A stretch of 64,000 nucleotides of DNA from positions 8,308,001 to 8,372,000 of the forward strand of contig OX597834.1 of the NCBI GenBank assembly GCA_951406725.2. The letters run 5' to 3'. The notes below the pieces were generated by a model that was not told where the DNA came from, did not search any database, and worked only from the letters and a program-made list of their open reading frames with translations. The stretch is from Octopus vulgaris (Eukaryota). Numbering within the stretch: position 1 is the first letter of the stretch; every line of letters starts with the position of its first letter. This document shows, in pieces, positions 14,173-26,967 of the stretch. Position numbers and translations under genes: made by a program.

Positions 14173-14707
14173 CAAACGTATATTATTATTAAACGTTTCT
14201 TTGTTCAGCAACATTATAAGTTTTCTATTGGTGTTTGTAATAAACTTGTCACAAAACCAACGATTATGAAATGTGTTTGGACGTCGGATAAATTGCTTTC
14301 CGTGAATTGATGTGATTCTCTGCGGTGTCCGTTTAATGTCACTCCCGCTGGTAACTTACTTTTTCCTGCTTTGCAGGTTCGATAAATAAATTGCTAGTCG
14401 TGTACTGGAGTCAATTCTTCTCTTTTCCCGAGGGGTTGTGCCATGTTTTGTCATGTCTTCACTATCGCGTGTAAGTTTTTGTAAATATTTGTTTACACTT
14501 TTAGTCCAAAATCAGTACTTTTTGTTGCAGGTATTTCATTTCTGATTCCATCGCCTTTAACGAATGAGATAGTTAACAACCATATTTACAATGCTTGCGA
14601 AGTAATAAATAATTAAATAAATAAATAAAAATGAGACTCTATGCTAACATCCATCGCATCTCTTGCCAGATTTCATAGTACTAAATCTGCTTACCGTAGT
14701 AAGTTTA

Positions 14708-15093
14708 ATGGATGCACTCCGTCGGTTACAATGACGAGGGTTCCGGTTGATCCGAATCAACGGAACAGCCTGCTCGTGAAAGTAACGTGTAAGATGCTGA
14801 GCACTCCACAGACACGTGTATCCTTAACGTAGTTCTCGGGGATATTCAGCGTGACACAGATAGTGACAAGGCCGGCACTTTGAAATACAGGTACAACAGA
14901 AACAGGAAATAAGAGTGAGAGAAAGTTGTGGTGAAAGAGTACAGCAGGGATCACCACCATCCCCTGCCAGAGCCTCGTGGAGCTTTAGGTGTTTTCGCTC
15001 AATAAACACTCACAACGCCCGGTCTTGGAATCGAAACCGCGATCCTACAACAGCGAGTCCGCTGCCCTAACCACTGGGCCATTGCGCCTCCAC
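14708..15093 (-). mobile_element. SINE-C (tail X), full length
   Basis: tRNA-like head gtggaggcgcaatggcccagtggttagggcagcggac. 13-bp TSD cgtagtaagttta at 14695-14707 and 15094-15106. Confidence 0.95.
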
Positions 15094-15754
15094 CGTAGTA
15101 AGTTTACAGAAACTAAAACCGGATTTATGCTGGGAACACTCGATTATCTTGGTCTGTTACTTTGTATGGCTTTGGGAACATGATACAAATGAGTCAGTTA
15201 AAAAATATATTTTAACCTAGTCGTTCAACCGGCTTGAATTTGTATCGTACTGTAAAATCTGAGAAATCTTATCGCACTCAAAAATCTTAGAAACATACAG
15301 AACACATAGGAAAATGTTTTACTAGAAATAATATGATTGAAGTTAAAACAAAATGGCTGCGAACGGAAAGAATGTTCTCATAAGACTTCTGGATCAGTGC
15401 AGTCTTGAGGAAGCTTACATAAATGCTAATTTTACATTATCGTATTGCATCAAACGTCTGCTTTCTTTTGATCACAACATTCTACTAACATTTTCTAGGT
15501 TGAAACAATTTAACAAATCGGATGTTTCTCTTTTTTTTCATTTAATTTCCACTGAAATCCTTCCACAGATGGCATTTTATATTGATTACAAACCGACATC
15601 TTGTGATTTCCATTGGTGGTATTTTATATAAGATGCCAATCTTATGCGTTGAATGGTACAATAGAAAGGATATGCTCAATAATAATTCTTGCTACACAGG
15701 AAATGCTTAAAAAATTCTATTCTTCACTCATAAGTATATGTATATTTATATATA

Positions 15755-16120
15755 GGCGCAGGCGAGGCTGTGTGGTAAGAAGCTTACCTCCCAACCAACT
15801 GGTTTTGGGTTCAATTTCACTTGCACCTTGGACAAATGTCTTCTACTCTAGCCTCAGGATGTCCAAAGCCTTGTGAGTGGATTTGGTAGACGGAAATTGA
15901 AAGAAGCCCGTCATGTATATATGCATGCATGTATATTGGTGTATGTGTTTGTCCCCGCCACCATCACTTATCGCCACGACGTTGGCGTATTAATGTCCCC
16001 GAAACTTAGCAGTTCGGCAAAAGAAACCAATAGAATAAGTACTAGGCTTGCATAGAATACGTCCTGGATTCAATTTGTTCTACTAAAAGCGGTACTCTAG
16101 CATATAAAAGAATAAAGGTG
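15755..16120 (+). mobile_element. SINE-B, diverged
   Basis: Colinear with the 10355 copy; preceded by TATA. Confidence 0.88.
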
Positions 16121-16151
16121 TAAAGAATATATGTATATGTATGTATTTATG

Positions 16152-16196
<45 letters not shown>

Positions 16197-16790
16197 GTAT
16201 ATATATTATGATTAATTAATAATTGTAAATGAGGGCACATGAGGTACAAGCGTTGCTGTAAAATACCAATCGAAATATCCTCTAATAAGCCAACAATTTA
16301 CTGAAAACTTAACAGGCCTTCAGAGATGGAGCACTGAAAAAAGAAATCTACTTACCATCGCAGCTGATAGCTGCAGAATGAGACAATAAGTACCCTTGTA
16401 TCATATGATTTCGAATGTTTAGATTACTCCCTTAATTCTCATTAGCAGGTTTCGCTCTTTGCTCCTTGCTCGATTTCTGTTAAACTATCGTGGTTTGGGT
16501 TTAACTGCACTTTTTATCATGTAACAAGACCTGCCATGGGTCTTCTCTTTGTGAATATATCTTTATTACCTATGCGAACCACTTGTAATAAATTATTCTA
16601 ATATTTTACTCTTATGATTTACATAGTAAAACTTCCTAATTCTGAGGCTTATAGTGCACAGTTTAAAACTAATTATTGGCTTCTGCATATGCGAATGCGC
16701 GTGATCTGAATTCAATATGTTATAAGTATGCAGCTCGCACGAGTCTTTTCGGTACGTAGTGGCTGCATGATTATGCATTGTCTTAGCGAT

Positions 16791-16856
16791 GACACTGATG
16801 AACTACCGATGACAAGTTAATTTGTTTGCTCATTAATAGGGAAACTCGAGTATGGG
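16791..16856 (+). ncRNA. candidate minimal type-I hammerhead ribozyme motif
   Basis: CUGAUGA (16795-16801), interrupted stem II, GAAAC (16841-45), palindromic stem III ACUCGAGU, GUA site. Stem I is only 2 bp. Confidence 0.5.
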
Positions 16857-17102
16857 ATTAACTAAAAATAACAATTCTTTTCAATATAGTGCTTTACCGG
16901 CGTGATTTTAAAATAATGTTTTCATGGTTTGGGTTTAATTGCACTTTTTAGCATATGAGATGTCATGCCATGGGTCTTCTCTTTGTGTATATATCCTTAT
17001 ACAATCTTATATATATGAAAATATATTGTCTTATGACTTTTATTATGCCTGCGAAGCACTGCAAATAAATTATTCTAACTTATTACGCTTATGACTTACA
17101 CA

Positions 17103-17136
<34 letters not shown>

Positions 17137-17385
17137 ATTAACGGTATACATGGGTATATAGAAGGTATATCTTGCAAACCTTTAGTAATTTTCAACACTT
17201 AAAATTCTGCTCTACGTTTGTTTCCGACAGATAAATATGAGCTGTCTCATATGTGTCAATTTGAAGCACAATTTGAACTCAGAACGTTAAGACGGGCAAA
17301 AGGCTGTTAATCATTATTCTCGGTGTGTTAACGATCCTTCCACATTGTCTCCTTGCTATTTGAATTAATATTGCACTTGTTTCTA

Positions 17386-17757
17386 AGGCGGGAGAAATGC
17401 TTAGAGGTAATTCGTCTGCCGTTACGCTGTGAGTTCAAATTCCGCCGAGGTCGAGTTTGCCTTTCATCCTTTCGGAGTCGATTAAATAAGTACTAGCTAG
17501 GCACTGATGTCGATATAATCGACTTAATCCATTTGCCTGTCCTTGTTTGTCCTCTCTGTGTTTAGCCCCTTTGTTGGTAGTAAAGAAATAGGTATTTCGT
17601 CGGTCTTTACGTTCTGAGTTCAAATTCCACCTGGGATTACTTTGCCTTTTCTTCCTTTAGGGTACGATGAAATACGTACCAGTTGAACACAGAGGTCGAT
17701 GTAATCGATCTAACTCCTTCCCCAAACCTGCTGGACTTGTGCCAAAATTTGAAAACC
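17386..17757 (+). mobile_element. SINE-A dimer (type-1 unit followed by type-2 unit)
   Basis: Two tandem gagttcaaattcc...gccttt..ccttt units joined at aagaaata|ggtatttcgtc (17590/17591). Confidence 0.9.
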
Positions 17758-18359
17758 CTCTAGCGCTTCATTATTCCATCTCAAATGTTTTATAGATTAC
17801 ATTGTTTTTAATTGGAATGTTTCACTCCCTTTACGTGTGTGTGTGCAAATGTTTATGAGTAAGTTACCGTGTGGTGAAGAGTTCACCTGGATTTATACAA
17901 TGGTAATACTAGGGAAACGTTAATTCCTGCAGATTCTCTCTCCTTCTAGGGTGTTTCGATCATTTCTTTTCGTCATTGTCCTCGAAATTCACGTCACTTT
18001 GAGTTGTGTCCCTCAGCGCTTTCTAGATCTGATTAGTCTCCCGTCTGTATTCACTCAAGTCGGACGTTTCTGTGCTGATGACGCTAATTGAAGACAATAC
18101 ATGGGATGACGTCTGACATGTTTCCTGAGCAGTTAATTGACGTTTCCTATGTAAATCACTTTCACCTGACATTTTCTCCAAGCTCACCTGTGTCTGTATG
18201 CACGTCTCATTAATACCTGTGACTGGGCGCGCGTGCTTCGCTTAATTAAGGTAGTACCAGAATAAGTAAGATATTATTATCTGATTACAAAGAATTTTAA
18301 CATGTAAAACAACTGGCAAGAGTATATTTTGAAGGATTTCGGAAGGTTTATTACTAAAG

Positions 18360-18775
18360 AGATGCGTAAAAGTGTGGTTGTTTGGTAAGAAAATTGCTTA
18401 CCAACCACATGGTTCGCATTCAGCCTCAGTCCGTGGCAAGTTGGGCAAGTGTCTTCTGCTATAGCATCAGGCCGACCAAATCTTTGTGAGTGGATTTGGT
18501 AGACGGAACCTGGAAGGTATATATTTTGTGTGTCTGAGCCTTCCTCCCCGCAATCGCTTGACAACCTGTATCTTTGTCCCCACACCATCGCTTGATGACC
18601 GATGTTGGTGTGTTTACATCCCTGTATGTTAGCGGTTCGGCAAATTTTACCCGATAGAATAAGTACTAGGTTTAAAAAGAATAAGCACTTGGACACACTT
18701 TTCTACTAAAAGTGGTGCACCAGAATGGCCGCAGGTAAAGGAATGAACGACGTAAAAGAAAACAGTAAAAGAATT
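18360..18775 (+). mobile_element. SINE-B, diverged
   Basis: Colinear with the SINE-B consensus; donor of the 70-bp copy at 18978-19047. Confidence 0.88.
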
Positions 18776-18962
18776 GTTATACAATTTGGTGTCATAAATC
18801 TCTCGTCTTGTTTGCCAGTATTTTGACATCGTTAATTTAATTAAACACAATTACAACGATTCCTCAGACACAAACATATATAATTTCAATGCAGGTGCAT
18901 TAATCTTGGAATAATTAATATTTTACGTTATCTATTTTATACTACATAGCATTATACTCTAA

Positions 18963-19388
18963 GTGGAGGCGCAATGGCCACATGGTTCGCATTCAGCCTC
19001 AGTCCGTGGCAAGTTGGGCAAGTGTCTTCTGCTATAGCATCAGGCCGTACGATCGCGGTTTCGATTCCCAGACTGGGCGTTGTGAGTGTTTATTGAGCGA
19101 AAACACCTAAAAAGCTCCACCAGGCTCCGACAGGGATGGTGGTGATCCCTGCTGTACTCTTTCACCACAACTTTCTCTCACTCTTACTTCTTGTTTCTGT
19201 TGTACCTGTATTTCAAAGGGCCGGCCTTGTCACTCTCTGTGTCACGCTGAATATCCCCGAGAACTACGTTAAGGGTACACGTGTCTGTGGAGTGCTCAGC
19301 CACTTACACGTTAATTTCACGAGCAGGCTGTTCCGTTGATCGGATCAACCGGAATCCTCGTCGTCGTAACCGATGGAGTGCTTCCATC
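18963..19388 (+). mobile_element. SINE-C (tail X) carrying a 70-bp SINE-B-derived replacement in its head
   Basis: TSD catt(a/g)tactctaa at 18950-62 and 19389-401; body near-identical to other SINE-C copies. Confidence 0.93.
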
Positions 19389-19930
19389 CATTGTACTCTA
19401 AGTCTGCTGAATCACATATATTTATTACGGAGTTTTATTCCTCCGAAGTTGGATTTCATTCGAATGCTCATTCAGCACGACGATGTTTTCGAACCATCCT
19501 GTTTCTGCCCATTAAGGATAGGGTATTTTGCATCTTCTTCTGTTGCATCAATCGGTGAAGGTTGTATGACTTTAGATATTTTGGTGTAGTACAAGATATC
19601 TCACTTGATATATTCAGATTACCTTGGCATATTTTTCCAGCAACTTGTACATTGGTACCAATGTACTACTAGTCAGAAAAACATGCCAAGGAGATATCAG
19701 TATATTTAGTGGGTTATTTTGTCCTACACCAAGCACCTGAAGTTACATAATCTGCACTGATCGATGCAATGCAAGAAGGTCCATAATATCTTACCCCTAT
19801 TAGACAGACACATATGTCGAAACGATCGTCGTGCAACATAACATTTCGTACTAAATCCATTTTCCATTTCTTTTATCAACTATATATATTTATATATGTA
19901 TATGCCTGCACGTGTGTGAGTGTGTGTGTA

Positions 19931-20143
19931 TGTGGGGCTGAAAAGATCCTGGCTTTTAGAGTGTCCGGAATGGCTTGTCTGAATGCCCCACCCTTCGAGT
20001 TCTTTTACAGGGCTGAAAAAAACTTAAGGACCGCGGCAATAAATGTATGAAACTGAGAGTGGAATATTTCAAATACGTTCATAATAAAATGGTCCCCTAT
20101 TTTCTTTTTATACACAAACTAGGAGCTTTACAGGAACCCCTCG
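19931..20143 (+). mobile_element. mariner-derived MITE / internally deleted mariner
   Basis: TA-flanked imperfect TIRs (tgtggggctgaaaagatcctggctt / aaactaggagctttacaggaacccctcg). An internal remnant translates with one frameshift to FLQG.KKLKDRGNKCMKLRVEYFK, resembling a mariner C-terminus. Confidence 0.7.
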
Positions 20144-22274
20144 TATAAATGAGTCGACCTGAATGTGTAAATTTTCAACAAAACAATTAGATATCTATTT
20201 CTTCTTGAAGTTCTAACAAGTTGGCGGTACGTTGTAAAAGAAATTGCGAGATTTAATTAGATTCTTGTCTGTTCTACGTTCATATCTTCGAAATTTATCA
20301 AATTTTTCCTCACGTGTTATTAATTTTCCTTCCGCGCCTACTCCGTATCATAATAAAACCCACTAACAACAACGCATTATCATCATCACCAAAGAAAACT
20401 CCTCCTTCTCCATACACTTCTTCCTTTTCCTTATCATCGTCATCAGCGTCATCATAAATATCTTCGTCTTCGTCTTTGTCGTTGTCATCGTTACCATCAT
20501 GAGCAGGATTAGCTATACTAGCAACATCGTCATCGTCTGCTGTAATTTTAATGCGGACATCACCTTCTTATTTTGATATCCATCTTTTTTCCAAAAGACA
20601 TTCTTTGACACAAGCGTTATAAATTTAGCTTAGCCATTAGGTGTCTCATACGTTTACGAACCACTATGTGAAATGTGATGTTTATATGCCTCTGTGTATG
20701 TATTTACTTCAAGATATGTATATGTATGTGCACTTACATTTATCTATCTCTGAATATTCAGTTTACAAAATGGTCACTTTTGTCTTGTCAGTTGAATTCT
20801 GATGTCAAATAGATGTAAACACTCCAAACTAAGAAACCATTAGGCAGACATCAAACTTGCTTGTAACATTTCTTTTCTTTTCTTTTATTTTAAATTATTA
20901 TGTTTGTAGCTATTTATATAGTTTGTTCCACTACTACTGTTACTAAGTGGTTTGTTGTATTGAGTGTGGGACTGCACTATACTTGTACGGAGTTAAAATA
21001 GCTAATTAAATAGAGCATTGGCTCTATGGCTATTTCACTAGTGATTCGTGGTTGGCCCATTTAATATATCTATTGTTTTACTGTGTTTAGATATTAGACT
21101 GCGTCAATCCTAGCATACCAACGAGAAGTAGTTTTATATGATACTATTTATACATGCACTTCGTCCAGGCTGATATTTATTTAACACACACAGACACAAA
21201 TACAAACACTCCCCCTCACACAAACATACAGTCGTAAAAATTTAGGGGCTTGGAGGAATACAACTAGACGGCATTCATTTATACATGCAAAAAGGTATAC
21301 ATTAATATATATTCGTATACAAACACGGGTAATAGAGACAGTGGAAGATTGAATGTAAGTGAGATCTAAAATGTGTGATCATGAACAGTAAAGTACAAGT
21401 GATCTGAGATTTCCTTATGTTGTGACCAACGAAAGATAAACTTCGGACACACGAAATTTCTGTCATATATAAGCTGAAAATCGTTCTCACCCGAATGGTT
21501 TCAATGAGGACACGGGCGTTGGTTCCATCGATGGCACAAAACCATCGCTTGCATCACTCAGAGCTTAGTAACGGATGAATTTTCTTCTCATCGACAATAT
21601 ATTTTGAAAGGATATTATTTGGGCTATGGATACTATCATTGGACTGTAGAACTCCAGAATGTTTTTGTCCCCATGATTCATCAGATTCAAACACAGAATA
21701 TATGCTTCCCAGTCCTATAACACGGATGTTCATAAATACTTTTAATAGAAAATATTATGTTTGCTTAAGTGCACAAAGCTTGGTCAAGCTGGAATTTATC
21801 CACTCGTATTGATGAAGCATAACGAAACTAACAAGCACACACTCTATGATCCAATGTTATGTTTCGTAGACTAATGTTATGCTTTTACACAAATTGTCCA
21901 TGAAAAATATTTTCTAACAAGACCATCTCCGCAGCGAAAGGTTTTACCACGTCCGACTAAGTACAAACATTTAAGTATTTTTGCACAGCGATGCATTTAA
22001 TACAATGCTGCTTCGTGCGCCTTTTAGTTAATAAACGTATTTATTATTTTAATTCATATATCATTTGGTAAAAATCAGCATCTTTATTTATATGATTGCA
22101 GTGCAACTCAAATAAACCAAACTATTATAAATTATAAATTATAAATTATAAATTCACATGTTAATATTACTGACATTCAACGTTGGTTATCCTGCTGTTA
22201 AACGACGGTAAATAATGGAAAAGCTCACAATGCATCCATATATGCTTAATGTAGTCACTTTTATGTCATGTCTT

Positions 22275-22595
22275 AAAGACTCCGCCGGTTACGACGACGA
22301 GGGTCCCAGCTGATACGATCAACGGAACAGCTTGCTCGTGAAATTAACGTGCAAATGGCTGAGCATTCCACAGACACGTGTACCCTTAACGTAGTTCTCG
22401 GGGATAATCAGCGTGACACAGAGAGTGACAAGGCTGACCCTTTGAAATACAAGTACAACTCATTTTTGCCAGCTGAGTGGACTGGAGCAACGTGAAATAA
22501 AGTGTCTTGCTCAAGGACGCAACGCGTCGCCGGGAATCGAACTCACAACCTTACGATCATGAGCCGAATGCCCTAACCACTAAGCCACGCGCCCT
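22275..22595 (-). mobile_element. SINE-D (CORE-like middle, tail X)
   Basis: Near-identical reverse complement of 23076-23400. TSD tatgtcatgt at 22262-71 and 22597-606. Confidence 0.95.
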
Positions 22596-23075
22596 GTATG
22601 TCATGTAGCCCAACAGTCTTTTACTTTTGTTGTTAGTATGTAACTACGTGAATTCTAATTTTTTATCCTATAGAAGCAGCAAATTTCTTCATGCCGTCAA
22701 GGCTAAAACTGAACATAGATAACGTTTACATTACTTACGCCAGTAGCCTCACATGTATTTTGCTGTTAGGCACATACTATTGCTTCTTAATGTTGGTAAG
22801 ACTCTATTTTCTTTAAACTGATAGCAGACAATGAAGTGAACATTTTTCGCTGCTTACAATTGTCGTTACAATGTTTCATGTTTGAGGATTGTGTCGGTGG
22901 AACCTTGATATAGTTCCTGTGTTTGTTCTATGAATACTGAGACATTTGATGTGCAGTTTGAAATCTGTTGAATAGGATGAGAGATGTATTTGTGTGTAGA
23001 AGCGAAGATAAGGTTAGTGTTTAGAAAACATTGAAAAGTATGCATTGGTGACTGATAGGTCTGTACGGTGTTATA

Positions 23076-23400
23076 GTGAGGGCGCGTGGTTTAGTGGTTA
23101 GGGCATTCGGCTCATGATCGTAAGGTTGTGAGTTCGATTCCCGGCGACGCGTTGTGTCCTTGAGCAAGACACTTTATTTCACGTTGCTCCAGTCCACTCA
23201 GCTGGCAAAAATGAGTTGTACTTGTATTTCAAAGGGTCAGCCTTGTCACTCTCTGTGTCACGCTGATTATCCCCGAGAACTACGTTAAGGGTTCACGTGT
23301 CTGTGGAATGCTCAGCCATTTGCACGTTAATTTCACGAGCAAGCTGTTCCATTGATCGTATCAGCTGGGACCCTCGTCGTCGTAACCGGCGGAGTCTTTT
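23076..23400 (+). mobile_element. SINE-D (tail X)
   Basis: tRNA-like head with B-box gagttcgattccc and the segment gtgtccttgagcaagacactt. TSD acggtgtta(t/c)a at 23065-75 and 23403-13. Confidence 0.95.
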
Positions 23401-23671
23401 AAACGGTGTTACACAGATTGGGAATTTTGAATTCTTCAATTTTTGCTCGGCTTCCAGAGCCTTCGCATCTCATAGTATTAATACGAATTAGTGTACATAT
23501 ATGAGTGCAGCATTGCCTACATTCCGTTCATGGTGTAGTGTTCCGATGGCGTGAAATATAGGAAACAAGGGAGGATAAAATTCTAGGTTGCATTTACGTA
23601 TAATTCGGAAACAATTGTTATTATTGTTCTGGTTGTTGTTGTTGTTGTTGTTACTATTATTATTATTATTA

Positions 23672-23897
23672 TTCAGTAGTTTTATTTTTATAGCGTGCTT
23701 TCACTTCACTACCGAGCGCAGCTCTGTGTGCCTTGGGTATGTGCTTTGATTTGTTGTGATGCTCTGATGGTTATTGTATGCAAAGTGTTCTGCGTAGGAT
23801 GTGTGCAGTGCCTAGTAGTGCAATTTTCTGTATGTTATATGTGTTTGTAAGTCCTGGTGTTTTTGTTATGTATTTGTCTGAATATTTTTTTTATCAT
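23672..23897 (-). mobile_element. Dong/R4-clade non-LTR retrotransposon 3' end in a (TAA)n array
   Basis: The minus strand translates YSDKYITKTPGLTNTYNIQKIALLGTAHILRRTL.IQ*, a typical R4/Dong C-terminus, then a 3' UTR and (TAA)n. Dong elements are known to target TAA repeats. Confidence 0.85.
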
Positions 23898-23931
23898 TAT
23901 TATTATTATTTTATTATTATTATTATTATTA

Positions 23932-23999
<68 letters not shown>
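23898..23999. repeat. (TTA)n microsatellite / retroelement tail
   Basis: Read directly from the sequence. Confidence 0.97.
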
Positions 24000-24185
24000 G
24001 AGTGAGAGAGCAGTGCATGCTATCAAAGGTGACACTGCGGTAAAATATAGGAAGTCCTGTATACCCACCATGACTACCCGTCTGATAAGGGTACACCAGG
24101 CACATGCATCAGAGCCATATGTGCGTAACATGGTGATCTCCTATCAAGAAAAACAGTGCATGACATTGCAAGTGGGGCCCAGTTG
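24000..24185 (-). mobile_element. probable 3' UTR of a second (TAA)n-tailed non-LTR element (Dong/R4-like)
   Basis: The minus strand ends ...gcactgctctctcactcaa(taa)n. No coding remnant; the family assignment is inferred from the tail and context. Confidence 0.55.
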
Positions 24186-24515
24186 CTTGTCTGGTGACAA
24201 ATGTAGAAATATATCCTATCGTTGGTTCACTAGATCAGGACATACCTATGGCTAAACAACCACTTCTTGGAAGGACGCAGTAGATAATTTAGTCCAGGGT
24301 GCATTTTGTCTACTAAAAGTTATGATGATTAAAGGAGAGACATCTTGGAACATAGATCTACTGAACCAAATGCGACCCACAAGAAACTTCAGCAAAGGAG
24401 GGCGCATTAGATGATGTAGTCCTTGATAGAGCCTGCCTGAATTGCGGACACGATGCGCATCCCAAGGTGTCAATCACTCGTAGGACTGCTATATTAGAAT
24501 ACTAACAGATGCTAT

Positions 24516-24897
24516 GGATGGAAGCACTCCGTCGGTTACGACGACGAGGGTTCCGGTTGATCCGAATCAACGGAACAGCCTGCTCGTGAAATTAACGTGT
24601 AAGTGGCTGAGCACTCCACAGACACGTGTACACTTACCGTAGTTCTCGGAGATATTCAGCGTGACACAGAGAGTGACAAGGCCGGCCCTTTGAAGTACAG
24701 GTACAACAGAAACAGGAAGTAAGAGTGAGAGAAAGTTGTGGTGAAAGAGTACAGCAGGGATCACCACCATCCCCTGCCGGGGCATCGTGGAGCTTTTAGG
24801 TGTTTTCGCTCAATAAACACTCACAACGCCCGGTCTGGGAATCGAAACTGCGATCCTATGACCGCGAGTCCGCTGCCCTGGGCCATTGCGCCTCCAC
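24516..24897 (-). mobile_element. SINE-C (tail X), full length
   Basis: 13-bp TSD taacagatgctat at 24503-15 and 24898-910. Confidence 0.95.
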
Positions 24898-25287
24898 TAA
24901 CAGATGCTATACAACATCAATAAAGGAGTACAAGTTCTGAATGAAAGACAGGACGGTCAGGTATGGAACTCATTTGATCACAGGGCTATAGGATCGAGAA
25001 TAATCGCAAGGAAGTGCACACTGGATAATAAATTCCTAAATTCGCTATGGCTGTTTCTGGAAAAAAGGAGTTTGCTTCGGGTTGCAATATAGATATGTAC
25101 AATTATTTTTTGCCATACGGTGTATAATATGACCAATACTGTTGCTCTGTTGATGCTGTCGCTAATCACACTATATACTGTTTTACTGTATTGTAGTATA
25201 TCTTTGATACAATTCTTGTCTAGTCGTGTATGTTCTATTGTTTATTTTCCTCACACACTCACACGGACGCACACACACACACATACT

Positions 25288-25353
<66 letters not shown>

Positions 25354-25990
25354 CACACACGCTCAAACACAGACTCATACACAGTTATATATATGTAGTT
25401 TTCGACTATTTCCTTCATTAGTTCTTTGAAGCATAGTTTATTTCGGTCGTGTGCAGTGTCGCTATATTGTATTTAAGGCCGTCTCTACTTTTTATAGGTT
25501 TAGCTACTTTGGTGTATAATTGATAATTGAAGTTGTGTGTTTTTTTATGTTGCCTTGTGGAATATGTTTCCTTGATGCAGCTATAATTACTTTGTTGAAT
25601 CAGCATTGTATATTTCATGATTAGGGTGTTGTTGAATTCTAAAAACCTTGATGTTATTACTTGTTGTAATTCGTTATGATTTTTTTTTTTGTTATTGTAA
25701 CTTTCTACAAAAGACTTTTTGATTTCTTCATAGGTCTGTGAGTGTATCATTATAACAATTATTAAAGCACATTTCTGGAAATGTGAGAGAATTGTTTGCG
25801 ATATAGCAAAATGCATTGTGTTGAATCTAAAAGGAATTGAGTTCTGACAGCAGTTTTTCTCAGTTACATTGTGTACAAAGCTAGAAAAGTTGAGTGAATT
25901 GAAGGGTCCAACATTAATTAAGTTCGTGAAGAGCTTAAAATGTTATACACTCTGGCCAATAAACTGGTGCAACTGATGTGATAGGACGCA

Positions 25991-26884
<894 letters not shown>

Positions 26885-26919
26885 CGCCTTTATCATTTAA
26901 ATCTAGGCAGCCTGCTGCG

Positions 26920-26967
26920 AACCACTGACGAGCATGAATCAAACGCAAAATCACTGGTGGTCTGGTT
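26920..26967 (+). ncRNA. type-I hammerhead ribozyme motif (G12->A damaged)
   Basis: AACCA-CUGACGA-GC..GC-AAAA-UCAC-UG-GUG-GUC-UGGUU: 5-bp stem I, stem III and a GUC site. Confidence 0.6.

Noticed and set aside
21508-21720. 70-codon open stretch with GYYLGYGYYHW
   Set aside because: No start or splice context and no recognisable family.
25418-25816. 132-aa minus-strand ORF next to P1 as a PLE protein
   Set aside because: No RT or GIY-YIG motifs; compositionally biased sequence.
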